In this document: piece after piece, positions 1 through 10,144 of the stretch
How the letters are laid out: each line of letters starts with the position of its first letter
Position numbering within the stretch: position 1 is the stretch's first letter
NCBI GenBank assembly: GCA_977017575.1
Contig: CDRNVI010000049.1
Span: 372,001 to 436,000 of the forward strand
Reading direction: 5' to 3'
Length of the DNA stretch: 64,000 nt
From: Paramoeba atlantica
Taxonomy: Eukaryota > Protista > Discosea
Notes under the pieces: generated by a model
What the model was told of the DNA's origin: nothing
The model's input: only the letters and a program-made list of their open reading frames with translations
Database searches by the model: none
Position numbers and translations under genes: made by a program

Positions 1-34
1 AGTTTTTTACTCTAATTAAGATACGTGGAAGTCC

Positions 35-2113
35 CTATTTGCTGGAAACCATAGTATGCATGTGCAAGACAGGCTTGATTTGTAGTTTATTTTTCAAAAC
101 AGCTTCCCTGGCTAAATCTCTCGTCACAAAAACAATGCGCTTGTGAATGTTCTTGATAGCATTGAATAAAAGGAGAGAGGCTTTGATATCTGAAAAACTA
201 AATAGAATTTCATGGTGGGGTACACTGGCAGGAACATTTTTATGAGACAGATTGCAATAAAAAGCTTCAAAAACACCTGATGGTGGTAAAATACGGAACC
301 ATTCGTGCTCGAGCGCTAAATTCAATACCTCACGTGCAGTGCTGTTTGCACTGCTGTTTTGAGTATCCGATTTCAGGGGACTTTTGTCGGATAGCAATTC
401 ACCAAGGCTTGTGAAGGGAATTAGGGCAACTCCCCCGTCCCGCTTGTGGTACTCAGACATAACACGGACGAAACCCTTCCGCAAGTGAGGATGTGTTAAA
501 GAAAACACAGCCGTCGAATCGAGCAAAACAAGAGTGGCCTTGTTGTTTGAGGATAAACATAATCCTTGATAGAACTCAATTTCGCTTCTAACGGTAAATG
601 CATGGATACGATTTATAACGTTCTGCGTACTAGTCAACAGAGGCTTAGATTCGCCAAAGCCGGGCTCGTAGAAAGTGGTGAGGAATGTGGCAAATAGTTG
701 GGTAGATACCTCAGAAACTGAGCGTACGAAGTTAACATCCATTTCGGACACTTCCGGTACCATGAATTTACTTGTATGATAGTTGAAAAGATCTGCGTTT
801 ATTGCACAGTCGTCAACTGATAAGGCGCCAAATTGCAGAATGAGCTTCAGTAGAGCAAGTAGTTTATGTAAAGTGTGGTCAAACTCTGAGCACGTGTGTA
901 ATGCATTGGATAGAACAGCCTGAAATTTGTGATCTGCTAACTGTTGCCCATGCCGCGCAATCATTTCGGCAAATAGAGCAAGAAAAAGGTCAGGCTCGTG
1001 ATCTGATAAGCAGGGTAAGACAGTTTCTCTTATTTCTTTGCAAAGTTCAGGTTCAAACGTACAAGTTAGGTGCAAAATTTCTTCGTATGTGCGAGTGGTA
1101 GTTCGTTCCATAGCACGTGATGCCGTGAATATAGCAAATGAATATAGCAGAACTTTGACATTACCATTAGCATTAAGTCGAGCAAAATTCAAAATAAGAC
1201 ACACTACTTCAGGACAAAATAGCTCAGATTTCTTACTATTCGCGGTAGATAACATAGAAACGCAATGGCGAAGTTTAGTTTGCGGGTCAAAACGTGGGTT
1301 CTCCAATATGCTCGAAACAAATGAAATGTATGAAGCGCACTCCACACCAACAACTGATCCATCCTTGAACACTGCAATAGCTTCTTCAATCATTCCATTC
1401 TTAAACAGGTATTCAACATATTTCATGTAGGTGATGCACAGCAAATTTGGTGAGGATTCGCGGATTAATTGATAAAAGTCTCGTGGGCAACTTACTGGAA
1501 AGGGTGGTTCGCACGAGCTGAGACACTCTTCAAACAATAGTATCGTTAGATCGCTATTTGGTATCCGTTTATGGTCAAGTACGTAGCACACTGCTTGAAC
1601 GGTCATTTTACTCTCGTAAAGTAGAAGAAGAGAGGAGTCATAATCTTCCTTCGTCAAGGTAATATCAACCATTGACATTTCTTCGAAAAAGCGAATTATT
1701 GCATTCGCGTTCTTCTCATGAATCGCCTTGTACAGAACGTTGCGATAACAAGCATATGATGGAATGACATTTAGTGAGCTTAAAGCGTCTAAAATATTCA
1801 TTGAAGCAGAAAGCGATGTAATCTTCTTTAGGCAAGTTAAAGCTTCGAAACGACGCTGCGCACATTCTTCGTAGCTATCGGGGATATTTGTGCCATCAAT
1901 ACTGATCGGGACAATACGATAGGGCTCTTCATTCACAGAGGTTATGTATCGCAGCTTTCGTGGGGCAAGGTCACGCTCGGGAAGCGTTCTACCCATTTTT
2001 CTCGAGTCTGCTTCTGCGAAACACCTGTATCGTATGTGTGGGGATACCTCCTCACAAGGCAAAACAGGAATCGGCTTCGGCCGCTCCGGCACTGTATTAG
2101 CCCAATTTTGCAT
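35..2113 (-). CDS. Helical-repeat (PPR-like) protein with C-terminal PIN-like nuclease domain
   Basis: 692-aa ORF. PPR-like stretch (ALSSLNVIPSYACYRNVL...IIRFFEEMSMVDITLTKEDYDSSL). C-terminal LVLLDSTAV...LIPFTSLGEL...FVTRD pattern resembles a PIN fold. Confidence 0.55.
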   Translation of the reverse strand: MQNWANTVPERPKPIPVLPCEEVSPHIRYRCFAEADSRKMGRTLPERDLAPRKLRYITSVNEEPYRIVPISIDGTNIPDSYEECAQRRFEALTCLKKITSLSASMNILDALSSLNVIPSYACYRNVLYKAIHEKNANAIIRFFEEMSMVDITLTKEDYDSSLLLLYESKMTVQAVCYVLDHKRIPNSDLTILLFEECLSSCEPPFPVSCPRDFYQLIRESSPNLLCITYMKYVEYLFKNGMIEEAIAVFKDGSVVGVECASYISFVSSILENPRFDPQTKLRHCVSMLSTANSKKSELFCPEVVCLILNFARLNANGNVKVLLYSFAIFTASRAMERTTTRTYEEILHLTCTFEPELCKEIRETVLPCLSDHEPDLFLALFAEMIARHGQQLADHKFQAVLSNALHTCSEFDHTLHKLLALLKLILQFGALSVDDCAINADLFNYHTSKFMVPEVSEMDVNFVRSVSEVSTQLFATFLTTFYEPGFGESKPLLTSTQNVINRIHAFTVRSEIEFYQGLCLSSNNKATLVLLDSTAVFSLTHPHLRKGFVRVMSEYHKRDGGVALIPFTSLGELLSDKSPLKSDTQNSSANSTAREVLNLALEHEWFRILPPSGVFEAFYCNLSHKNVPASVPHHEILFSFSDIKASLLLFNAIKNIHKRIVFVTRDLAREAVLKNKLQIKPVLHMHTMVSSK

Positions 2114-2303
2114 TCAACTGCGTCATAAGTGACAGTTTTAAATACGACTAAATTTAAAGCTAGAAATAGAAAAGTTTCTTAATTATGCCATCCACTTTGT
2201 TTAAAAGAACATGCAGTGGTTGCCGCGAAAACAAAAACCAAAAAATGTAAAAAAAACCACAATCCATCATTCAGCGTCAGACACATGTTCTATGGAAAGA
2301 ACT

Positions 2304-4523
2304 TCATTCAAACTCCTTTAGCCAAGAGTGTTGCAACAGTTCTGCCGCAGAGGGACGTCGCATCGGGTCTCGCTCGAAGCATAATGACAAGAAATCCGTA
2401 ACCTGGGGATCGAGATCCGACGGCATTTGGGATGGAAGACCGGCGGAGTTGGCAATGTGGTACACGGCACTCCACATGGAACTAAACTCCGGCCACGGGG
2501 GTTTTCCAGTGAGCATCTCGACTAGGGTGCAGCCCACGCTCCAGATGTCAGCTTTTGCACCGTATCCTCCGGAGTCTTCTTTAATTACCTCCGGGGCCAT
2601 CCAGTAGGGCGTTCCTACCATAGAGCGACATCCATGGGATTTGTTACAGAGCGTTTCAATGGAACGACTGCACCCAAAATCGGCCAATTTAATCACCCCG
2701 TTGGTGCCCACCAGAATATTTTCTCCTTTGAGGTCGCGATGCACAATGTTGTTCTCGTGGAGGTATTGGACACCTTCGACAATCTGCCGAAGCCAGGCAC
2801 GAATAACATCGAGAGACAGCTGTGTGAATTTTTTAATAAACGAACGTAAGTTTCCCCCCATGACGTGCTCCATGAAAATACAAATACGTCCCGCTTCCAT
2901 GTCCTCTACATAGCCCTCCAGTCGGACAATATTTTTGTGTTGCAGGCGCTGCAAGAGACTGATTTCGTTGCGAAGGGTGCGTAGGTCAGACTCTGCGTCC
3001 TCAAGTGAGCCGACATCAATGATTTTCACTGCTGTAATGACTCCAGTCGGAAGTACGGCCTCGTACACACAACCATAAGACCCTTTCCCTATGAGACGTC
3101 CGATACTCGCCCGTTTCGCCAAAGCTCGGAATTCCTCATTGGTTTTTTGCTGCTTCCCGGAGGTTTGTATCACTTCATTTTCGGAGTTGCGTTGGAGTGG
3201 AACACTCGTCGATTTATCACGGGATAGACTAAGCTCCGTTCGTACGTTGTTCTCGGATGTCTGCGTTTTCGAATCTATACTCTCCTCCCCTTTAAAACTA
3301 ACGGAGAGCGAGGATCGCGCGCTGGAGATCTCACTTCTGTCATCGCCCTGGAAACTCAAATAACCCAACGACAGTTTCTCCCTCCACATCCGCTGATACC
3401 GAAACGTGGCATCCAGAAAATCCCCCAGCGCGTTATCCCCCAGCGCCACCCTCCGCGGCGCCCCCCTCAACGCCCCCTGCTGCCAGCACCCCATCACCCA
3501 CCCCCCTTTCACCAAACTCTCACACCCCTCCCCGTGCCGCATCCCCTTCATAAAATACCCATGAAACACCTCCCCATCCGCCCACCGAAACGAGCCCCGC
3601 CCGTGGGGCTTGGACGCCCTAAACCCCCCCTCGTACACGTTCCCCTCCACCATCCGCCACACCCCATACCCCTCCCGGCGGTCGCCCTCCCAGGTGCCGT
3701 AGTACTCCGAGCCGTCCGCGTAGGTCACCCGGCCCACCCCCTCCCGGGCGTCCCCGACCCACTCCCCGTCGTAGCGGCACTCCGGGGTCTCCTCCCTCCC
3801 GCGGCCGTGGCGCTGGTTGTTGTGGTAGGCCCCGTGGTAGTACCCGGCGCCGTGGGGGGCGGTGGTCCGGCCGATCCCCTCTCGTTGGTTGTGGGCGAAG
3901 GCGCCGTGGTAGGTGGTGCCGTCGGCCCAGGTGTAGGTGCCGGTGCCGGTCTGGGTGTTGTGGGCCCAGTCGCCGGTGTAGGTGTCGTGGGTGTCGGCGA
4001 AGGTGAAGGTGCCGTGGCCGTGGGGGAGGCCGAGCGGGGAGAGCTGGCCGTGGTAGGTGCCGTCGGGGGTGTGGAGGGTGTGGAGGGGGGGAGAGGGGGT
4101 GGGGGTGGGGGTGTTGGGGGGATCGGGGTGGGAAGGGCGAAGGGGGTTGTTGCTCGTGTGGCTGTTGCTGTTACTGTGGGGATTGAAGAGGAGGGAGGAG
4201 GAGAGGGGGGTAGAGGGGGTGGGGTTGTTGTGGTTGTTATGTTGGGGATCGTTGTAGTTATTGCTATTGTTATTCTGGGTGGTGGTAGTGGTGGTATTTT
4301 GGGGATTGAGGAGAATTGAGGAGGAGAGGGGGAGGGAGGGCGTGGGGTTGTTCTGCCTGCAGTTGTGTTTGTTATCGTGGGTAATGTTGTTATTGTGCGT
4401 GTTGCTGCTGTTGGGATTGAAGAAGGGGGAGGAGGAGAGGGGGAGAGAGGGTGTGGGGGGAGAAGGAGAGGGGGAAGGTGTGATGTGAAGGGAGGGGGGA
4501 GGGGGAAGATGGGATGAGGCCAT
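2304..4523 (-). CDS. MORN-repeat Ser/Thr protein kinase (STE11/MEKK-like)
   Basis: MORN repeats (YTGDWAHNTQTGTGTYTWADGTTYHG etc.), then kinase motifs IGKGSYG, AVK, HRDLKGENIL, DFG, GTPYWMAPE. Confidence 0.93.
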   Translation of the reverse strand: MASSHLPPPPSLHITPSPSPSPPTPSLPLSSSPFFNPNSSNTHNNNITHDNKHNCRQNNPTPSLPLSSSILLNPQNTTTTTTQNNNSNNYNDPQHNNHNNPTPSTPLSSSLLFNPHSNSNSHTSNNPLRPSHPDPPNTPTPTPSPPLHTLHTPDGTYHGQLSPLGLPHGHGTFTFADTHDTYTGDWAHNTQTGTGTYTWADGTTYHGAFAHNQREGIGRTTAPHGAGYYHGAYHNNQRHGRGREETPECRYDGEWVGDAREGVGRVTYADGSEYYGTWEGDRREGYGVWRMVEGNVYEGGFRASKPHGRGSFRWADGEVFHGYFMKGMRHGEGCESLVKGGWVMGCWQQGALRGAPRRVALGDNALGDFLDATFRYQRMWREKLSLGYLSFQGDDRSEISSARSSLSVSFKGEESIDSKTQTSENNVRTELSLSRDKSTSVPLQRNSENEVIQTSGKQQKTNEEFRALAKRASIGRLIGKGSYGCVYEAVLPTGVITAVKIIDVGSLEDAESDLRTLRNEISLLQRLQHKNIVRLEGYVEDMEAGRICIFMEHVMGGNLRSFIKKFTQLSLDVIRAWLRQIVEGVQYLHENNIVHRDLKGENILVGTNGVIKLADFGCSRSIETLCNKSHGCRSMVGTPYWMAPEVIKEDSGGYGAKADIWSVGCTLVEMLTGKPPWPEFSSMWSAVYHIANSAGLPSQMPSDLDPQVTDFLSLCFERDPMRRPSAAELLQHSWLKEFE

Positions 4524-4895
4524 AGGTGATATCGATCGGTGTCTGTACTACAGACGGTAGAAAATACACCCGGCGGTCAGGGTGGGGGGTTCATGTAAAG
4601 AGGAGGGTGGAAAATGGGATGTCAAATCTATTGTTTGGTTTCCTTTGTCAAATAAGAGGATATTACAACTCATAAACTGGTAGAAAGAAGGAAAGACTGG
4701 GAAAGAGTAGAGGAGTGATGATCTGAGTCATGCGCTCCCTACTTTAGCCGATCTTTCTTCCTTTCCAGCCGAGTCGAAATACACTGAAATTTTAACATTG
4801 CTACAATTTTCAGCGAAAAGTGAAGCACAAGTAGAAAAATCTGATGGCTCAGTACTCTTCATGGGAATTTGGCACCCGCATCCTATCTGGTCATA

Positions 4896-6080
4896 TTAAT
4901 TTTTCTTTGATCCCGCTCGCGGAGGGTTAAACTTAAAGTGCAGAATATCTCCATCCAAGACTTCATAAGTCTTGCCCTCCTGACGCAGTTTCCCCGCTTC
5001 CTTACACTGGCTCATGTCCTTGGTTTCCTCGAAATCCGCCCAGTGCACCGTATCGGCACAGATAAACCCTTTTTCCATGTCACTGTGAATTCGTCCAGCC
5101 GCCTGCGGGGCTTTCATCCCTTTTTGTATCGTCCAGCACCGCACCTCGTCCTCCCCTGCGGTAAAAAAATGCAGCAAATGGATACTACGGTACCCCTCCG
5201 TAACGATACGAGACACAGAGGAGCGTGCCTCGGGGCTTTCCTCTGAGGCGGGCTTCTCACTTTCCGCTTTTTCTTGTAATTGAAGTTCATGTTCTACAGA
5301 AAAAGGAATCATGGGCTCTCCAGTTCGTGCATCAATCCACGATTTAAGTTGGGGAAGCCACTTGTTACGCTTACGCAGAAAATCACGCTGGGTCATGTTG
5401 ATCAAAAACACTCCAGGCTTCGCGGTGAGTAAGTGGAGCGTGTTGAGGAATTCGATCTCTTTGGCATTCCAACTACAGCAGCGAATTTGGTCCCCACGTT
5501 CCAGGACTTCCTTAATTTTTTTCAGATACTCTAACTCCACCACTTTAGTTTTGTCAATCCCACGGTCGACGATCGGTTGAATCCGTTCCATCACTTGAGT
5601 AACGTTTTCCAAGTCTTTTATCACCAACTCATTGAATATTAGCTCCACGTCCCGGATGGGGTTGACCTCTCCCTCCACATGGGTGATCATCTCGTCCTCG
5701 AACACACGTACCATGTGGTAGATCCCGTCTACCGCCCCAATGTGGCTTAGAAATGCATTCCCAAGTCCCTGGCCCTCGGCGGCTCCTTTGACCAGTCCGG
5801 CAATGTCGGTCACATGTAACATTGTGGGAACTTCACTTCGAGGCTTGAACACGCGACAGAGCTCCTCGTAACGTGCGTCTGGGACCGGAACTTTGGCCTG
5901 GTTAGGTTCGATGGTGCAAAATGGAAAATTTTCCGCCGCCACTGTTTGTTTAGTCAGAAGGTTGAAAAAGGAGGATTTGCCCACGTTCGGAAGTCCAACG
6001 ATGCCCATTTTTAGAGAGGTACCAGGTCGTCCAAGAAGTACAGTTTTGGGTGCGGGTTCTTCTTTCTTTTTGGGTGGCAT
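4896..6080 (-). CDS. OLA1: Obg-like ATPase (OLA1/YchF)
   Basis: GIVGLPNVGKS, NFPFCTIEP, DIAGLV, FFTAGEDEVRCWTI and TGS-type C-terminus. Likely start MPPKKK at 6080. Confidence 0.96.
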   Translation of the reverse strand: MPPKKKEEPAPKTVLLGRPGTSLKMGIVGLPNVGKSSFFNLLTKQTVAAENFPFCTIEPNQAKVPVPDARYEELCRVFKPRSEVPTMLHVTDIAGLVKGAAEGQGLGNAFLSHIGAVDGIYHMVRVFEDEMITHVEGEVNPIRDVELIFNELVIKDLENVTQVMERIQPIVDRGIDKTKVVELEYLKKIKEVLERGDQIRCCSWNAKEIEFLNTLHLLTAKPGVFLINMTQRDFLRKRNKWLPQLKSWIDARTGEPMIPFSVEHELQLQEKAESEKPASEESPEARSSVSRIVTEGYRSIHLLHFFTAGEDEVRCWTIQKGMKAPQAAGRIHSDMEKGFICADTVHWADFEETKDMSQCKEAGKLRQEGKTYEVLDGDILHFKFNPPRAGSKKN

Positions 6081-6389
6081 TTTTAAAAAGAGTGATGGGG
6101 GGATATAAATGGATCGGATAGCTAAAGTTCCAAAAAAGAAATAAAATTCGTTCTGACACATGTTACTCAGAAATTGGATAAAGAATAATGGGCTCCGTAT
6201 TGGACGCAACTGGGTCCTTCTTTAGCATAAACATGCATTCTTTTTCAAATACGCTTTCAAAATTATAGATGTACTTACTGTAATTCGAATACAGTAGTGT
6301 GTCTACTACAATACGCTGCAAGTCTTTGAAAAATCCAATATCTGACACAAGAATATTCCAAGTACACTTTATGAAACAAACTACAGATT

Positions 6390-6605
6390 TTACAGAATAG
6401 AATCCTGCGCCCTTTCATAGTTATGCCGCTGAATAACTGCAAAAGCAAGTAGGGTAGTAAACGCAGCAAAGGCCCCTCGGTATTTCTGACTCTTCATCAG
6501 CCGTTCAAATGTAATTTCACCGCGTTCGCGAGTGTGTGACATGGGCCTCGGCATCGGCTCTTGGATCATTTGGACCCCCAGTCTGGTGTATGAAGGGCGA
6601 ATCAT
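6390..6605 (-). CDS. Small single-pass membrane protein, possibly mitochondrial
   Basis: 71-aa ATG ORF in cluster orientation; basic N-terminus and one hydrophobic segment (GAFAAFTTLLAFAVI). Confidence 0.55.
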   Translation of the reverse strand: MIRPSYTRLGVQMIQEPMPRPMSHTRERGEITFERLMKSQKYRGAFAAFTTLLAFAVIQRHNYERAQDSIL

Positions 6606-6955
6606 GTATGTAAATGTTTATGGAAACAGAAATTAGCTCACGATTAACTCGGCTATAATTAAAAAGTAACTGCGAAAAACATGTTCCGCAATTAAGCATT
6701 ATATTTAACGTCCTAAAGTGAACCGTAGAAAAAAGTAAAGGGCAAATTTCTTAAACATTGCGTTCCTTTTGTCATGCACTCTTAAGGAGTCATCGAATGC
6801 CTCTTGCCCACTCTTTGAGTTCATGAAACCATACTCACATTATCATCACTCCACACTACCAATTTAGGAACGCATACGAAACATGCAAAACGCATTTCTA
6901 CATGTTTCTTTGAAGATGCTCTACGCTGGCGAATGCTATTCTGTACGAAACACTT

Positions 6956-8299
6956 TTACACCTTTAGAAACAATCGGCTTTGGCACACGAAAAATGACGT
7001 TTCGGGCACTGACACTCCCTTTTCTGGGATCACCACAACATCGTGCCGCGGAGAATTCTCCGTCGAAGGTGCAATCTTTTTCGTCCCTCGTTTGGGGCGA
7101 ATCTCAACCAACACCACAGGAATAATTAGTCCAGAGGTATGACGCATCCATGCAGAGGTCCCTAGACAAGGTTCCGAGAGAGGCGCATAACCCATAATGG
7201 ATAAGTCAGTGTCATACCAATCAACCATATCCCATCCTTTCCATCCTGGTGCCACGGGTACCTTCTTCTTGGTCTTTACTTGTTGTTTCAGTTGCGTTTT
7301 AATGCTCATTTCTTCCTTCTTGGTCTTTGATATACTATTTTGTTGAGAAAATATCTCACGCCCCCTTTTGGCACTTTCGGTAATCAACTTTACATTAACC
7401 TCAGTACCAGCCGTCTGACCTAAAACTTCCATTAGCGACTTGTCCTTTTTCTGCGCCTCTGAGACACGCTCCCGTACCACACTCCAATTAATCCTCAAAT
7501 CCTTTCGTTGGGTCTTTCCCGAGCCCTTTACACACTCCGCGCATATACCGGGTGACCACAACTGTTCCATCTTCAGATTACACGCGTGAATCAGCGCCTT
7601 TTGTTTCTGGTAGAACTCCGTCATTCCTCCAGGCTTGGTTCCCATTGCGGGAGCACGGAACCCAACACAACGGTATCGAAACACATGTCCCCCTTGTGCG
7701 ATAATCTGCAAGCACATATCATAATCTTCACGAATGGGAAAACGATAACTCAGGTCTTCCCCCTGTGGACCGGACGGCAACAAGGCACGGTTCATACAAA
7801 CACAAATGTTTACGTAGCTGTCCACAATATACGGCTCCGAACGACGAAAGTCCAAGCGACCCATAAACTGGTGATACTCCAGCCCAATCAGACAGGTCCC
7901 GGGTTGCACCTGTACCGCATCGTGCGGGTTCGCAAGGGAGAGCGCCGTGCGTGCATCCACAGGGACAACCTTAAAATCGCGCTGTTGTAACGCATAGAAC
8001 GACTCAATGTCATCGTCAATAATCCAGAACCACCCAGAGTCAGGAGCGAGGCTCCGTAGGATGTAATTTCGCACATAAATCACCCCTTTGTTGTTCTCTG
8101 GGAGTTGCACTACAGAGGTGAGAGAGCTTGATGATGGGGAATCGCCTCTGAGTTGTTTTACATACCATTCGTATTCTTGAGGCTCCACGACGATGGTGTG
8201 GGGAAGGTTGGATTCACGTAGAAGGTGCCAAGTGCATCGTTTCCCTTCGGCACGCCCTTTTGAGGGAATAAAAATCGGGAGTGCGGATTTGTCTTCCAT
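6956..8299 (-). CDS. JGT: TET/JBP-associated glycosyltransferase (base J glucosyltransferase-like)
   Basis: PIFIPSKGR, IVVEPQEY..Y, LPENNKGVIYVRNYI, WIIDDDI (DxD), EDYDMCLQ: hallmark motifs of the GT-A TAGT/JGT family. Confidence 0.8.
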   Translation of the reverse strand: MEDKSALPIFIPSKGRAEGKRCTWHLLRESNLPHTIVVEPQEYEWYVKQLRGDSPSSSSLTSVVQLPENNKGVIYVRNYILRSLAPDSGWFWIIDDDIESFYALQQRDFKVVPVDARTALSLANPHDAVQVQPGTCLIGLEYHQFMGRLDFRRSEPYIVDSYVNICVCMNRALLPSGPQGEDLSYRFPIREDYDMCLQIIAQGGHVFRYRCVGFRAPAMGTKPGGMTEFYQKQKALIHACNLKMEQLWSPGICAECVKGSGKTQRKDLRINWSVVRERVSEAQKKDKSLMEVLGQTAGTEVNVKLITESAKRGREIFSQQNSISKTKKEEMSIKTQLKQQVKTKKKVPVAPGWKGWDMVDWYDTDLSIMGYAPLSEPCLGTSAWMRHTSGLIIPVVLVEIRPKRGTKKIAPSTENSPRHDVVVIPEKGVSVPETSFFVCQSRLFLKV

Positions 8300-8825
8300 T
8301 TTTACTCTACACGAGTAGTTTGAAGTGTTAAGTAATTCGAAATCTGCTAATCTATTTTTTAGTGAAACACAATTGATACGCTAAATGGAATTTACTTTTC
8401 GTGATCCTATCATTCTAGCTGTGAAGTCGACAAGCAATACAACAACTATAAGATCTTGGCAAATAACAGATCGAATGATATTTAATTGTAGATAAAATGT
8501 AATAAAAGTAATAAATAACCGTAAATCTATAAAAACATGTAAGAAAACTTACCTATTCAATATACAAAAATATGATCAAAATAGAGGATTCATACGCTCA
8601 GTATTTAACTTATCACGTATTCAGTACAAGGGACGATATAAAATACATCAACACCGGCAGATGAGCTACCTAATACAATATATTACCTATTTAACATAAA
8701 ACGGAACTAATAAAATTATCCAATGAAAACTAGAATTATCCAAAGGACGACGAGAACGTTAGAACAGGGTCATAGTTCTTACTACAAAAAGCTTAGTTCT
8801 AAGCAATTGTTACCCAGTCATGTAC

Positions 8826-9884
8826 TCACCATGATTTCCGGTTTGTCCCGCCCGGAGAGGCGTTTATTGACTTTACAGGAGAGGCAAACGAAAGATCGTG
8901 AAAAGCCCTCTGGTTTTTCAGAAGGGTGGGAGCCATACCATAACTTATCTTTGAGTGGGTCATATTTACATGGCCGGCTACGGCAGAGGGGCCGCCAAAT
9001 GTTTGTTGCAGTGTAGAGCCAGGCAAACTTCTGGCCCCAACTCTACAGTTTGTGGTAGTATGAAATTCTCCTGTGTTTGAAGAGCCGGAATTAGAAGTTG
9101 CAGAAGCCGCGGGATGACTAAGGAAACTGCTGGGCACCGTAAGATGTGGGGCAATGGGGGGTGAAGCTCCACTGTCGAAAGCAGCTATGACGTTTGCCTT
9201 GAGGTTTTCATTCTGAATTTTAAATGTAACTGCCGGCTTGCGTGGCACAGATAAAGGTTTTTGAGGTGATTCCGTATGGAATAGATCGGTCAGCTCTTTC
9301 TCACCTTTTGCAGAAGTTTCGGAGTTCACGAAAACCGATTGAGTAATGTTTTGCGACTGAGCTTTATGGTCTAAAGATTTTGAAGTTTCTACTTCTGTCT
9401 TGTGACCTTCGCTACGTTTCGCGCCTTCACGAGGCGTAATCTGCAGGGTCTTTCCCTCATGTGCGGCGGCAATATACTCTTTCCAGTTCGTACGAGCAAA
9501 GCGTTTACGTTCCCACTTGTCCCTCAACAGCTTTTCCATATCCTTGGCGTTCGCAGAAGGTTCAGGCTTGTGGTATCGTGCGGGTAAGTGAGCCTCAAAA
9601 ATTAGGCGCGCCTTTTGGTTACCGACACATTCAATAAAATCAACTTCGCAAGGGTCCCATATGTCCATAGTGATGGAACGAACCTTAGATATATGGGTAC
9701 CAAGAGCACGGTGCAGTCCAGCACATCGCATGCATAGAAAGATTCCAAGATTTACCGAAGCCCATCTTGGGGATTTGCATGTACAATCGAAGCACTCCCG
9801 ATTGTCTTCAGCACTTAATATGACTTCCAAGCGACGTACTTGTTCTTTCAGGAGCCGCTTGTTCGCGGCTGTCATAGAAGCCAT
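8826..9884 (-). CDS. ARF GTPase-activating protein (SMAP/ArfGAP type)
   Basis: CFDC...WASVNLGIFLCMRCAGLHR zinc finger, ISKVRSITMD. Confidence 0.93.
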   Translation of the reverse strand: MASMTAANKRLLKEQVRRLEVILSAEDNRECFDCTCKSPRWASVNLGIFLCMRCAGLHRALGTHISKVRSITMDIWDPCEVDFIECVGNQKARLIFEAHLPARYHKPEPSANAKDMEKLLRDKWERKRFARTNWKEYIAAAHEGKTLQITPREGAKRSEGHKTEVETSKSLDHKAQSQNITQSVFVNSETSAKGEKELTDLFHTESPQKPLSVPRKPAVTFKIQNENLKANVIAAFDSGASPPIAPHLTVPSSFLSHPAASATSNSGSSNTGEFHTTTNCRVGARSLPGSTLQQTFGGPSAVAGHVNMTHSKISYGMAPTLLKNQRAFHDLSFASPVKSINASPGGTNRKSW

Positions 9885-10144
9885 TTCCTTAACAAGAACG
9901 CATTTTGGTGGTGTAAAAGTTGTACAATAAATACCTATAGAATAAAAAATGAGTTAAAAATTATCAACAAATTTCTTTGAGTCTATTTTGAGTGTTCTCG
10001 ATAATCAGGTCGATGTATTGATGGCAACGAGGTTCCGCTGCACGTCATTACGACCACTCCCAAGTCCAAGGAGAATTACAAAGAAGAAACCATAATCGTT
10101 TAACGAGTTTGCCATAAACGTTTCGTAATAAGAAAATTACTCTA

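Noticed and set aside
3534-4319. Long plus-strand or alternative-frame ORFs in GC islands (also 12289-13248, 47910-48620, 60217-61002, 60287-61108)
   Set aside because: Low-complexity shadows of real minus-strand genes; skewed composition depletes stop codons; no domains.
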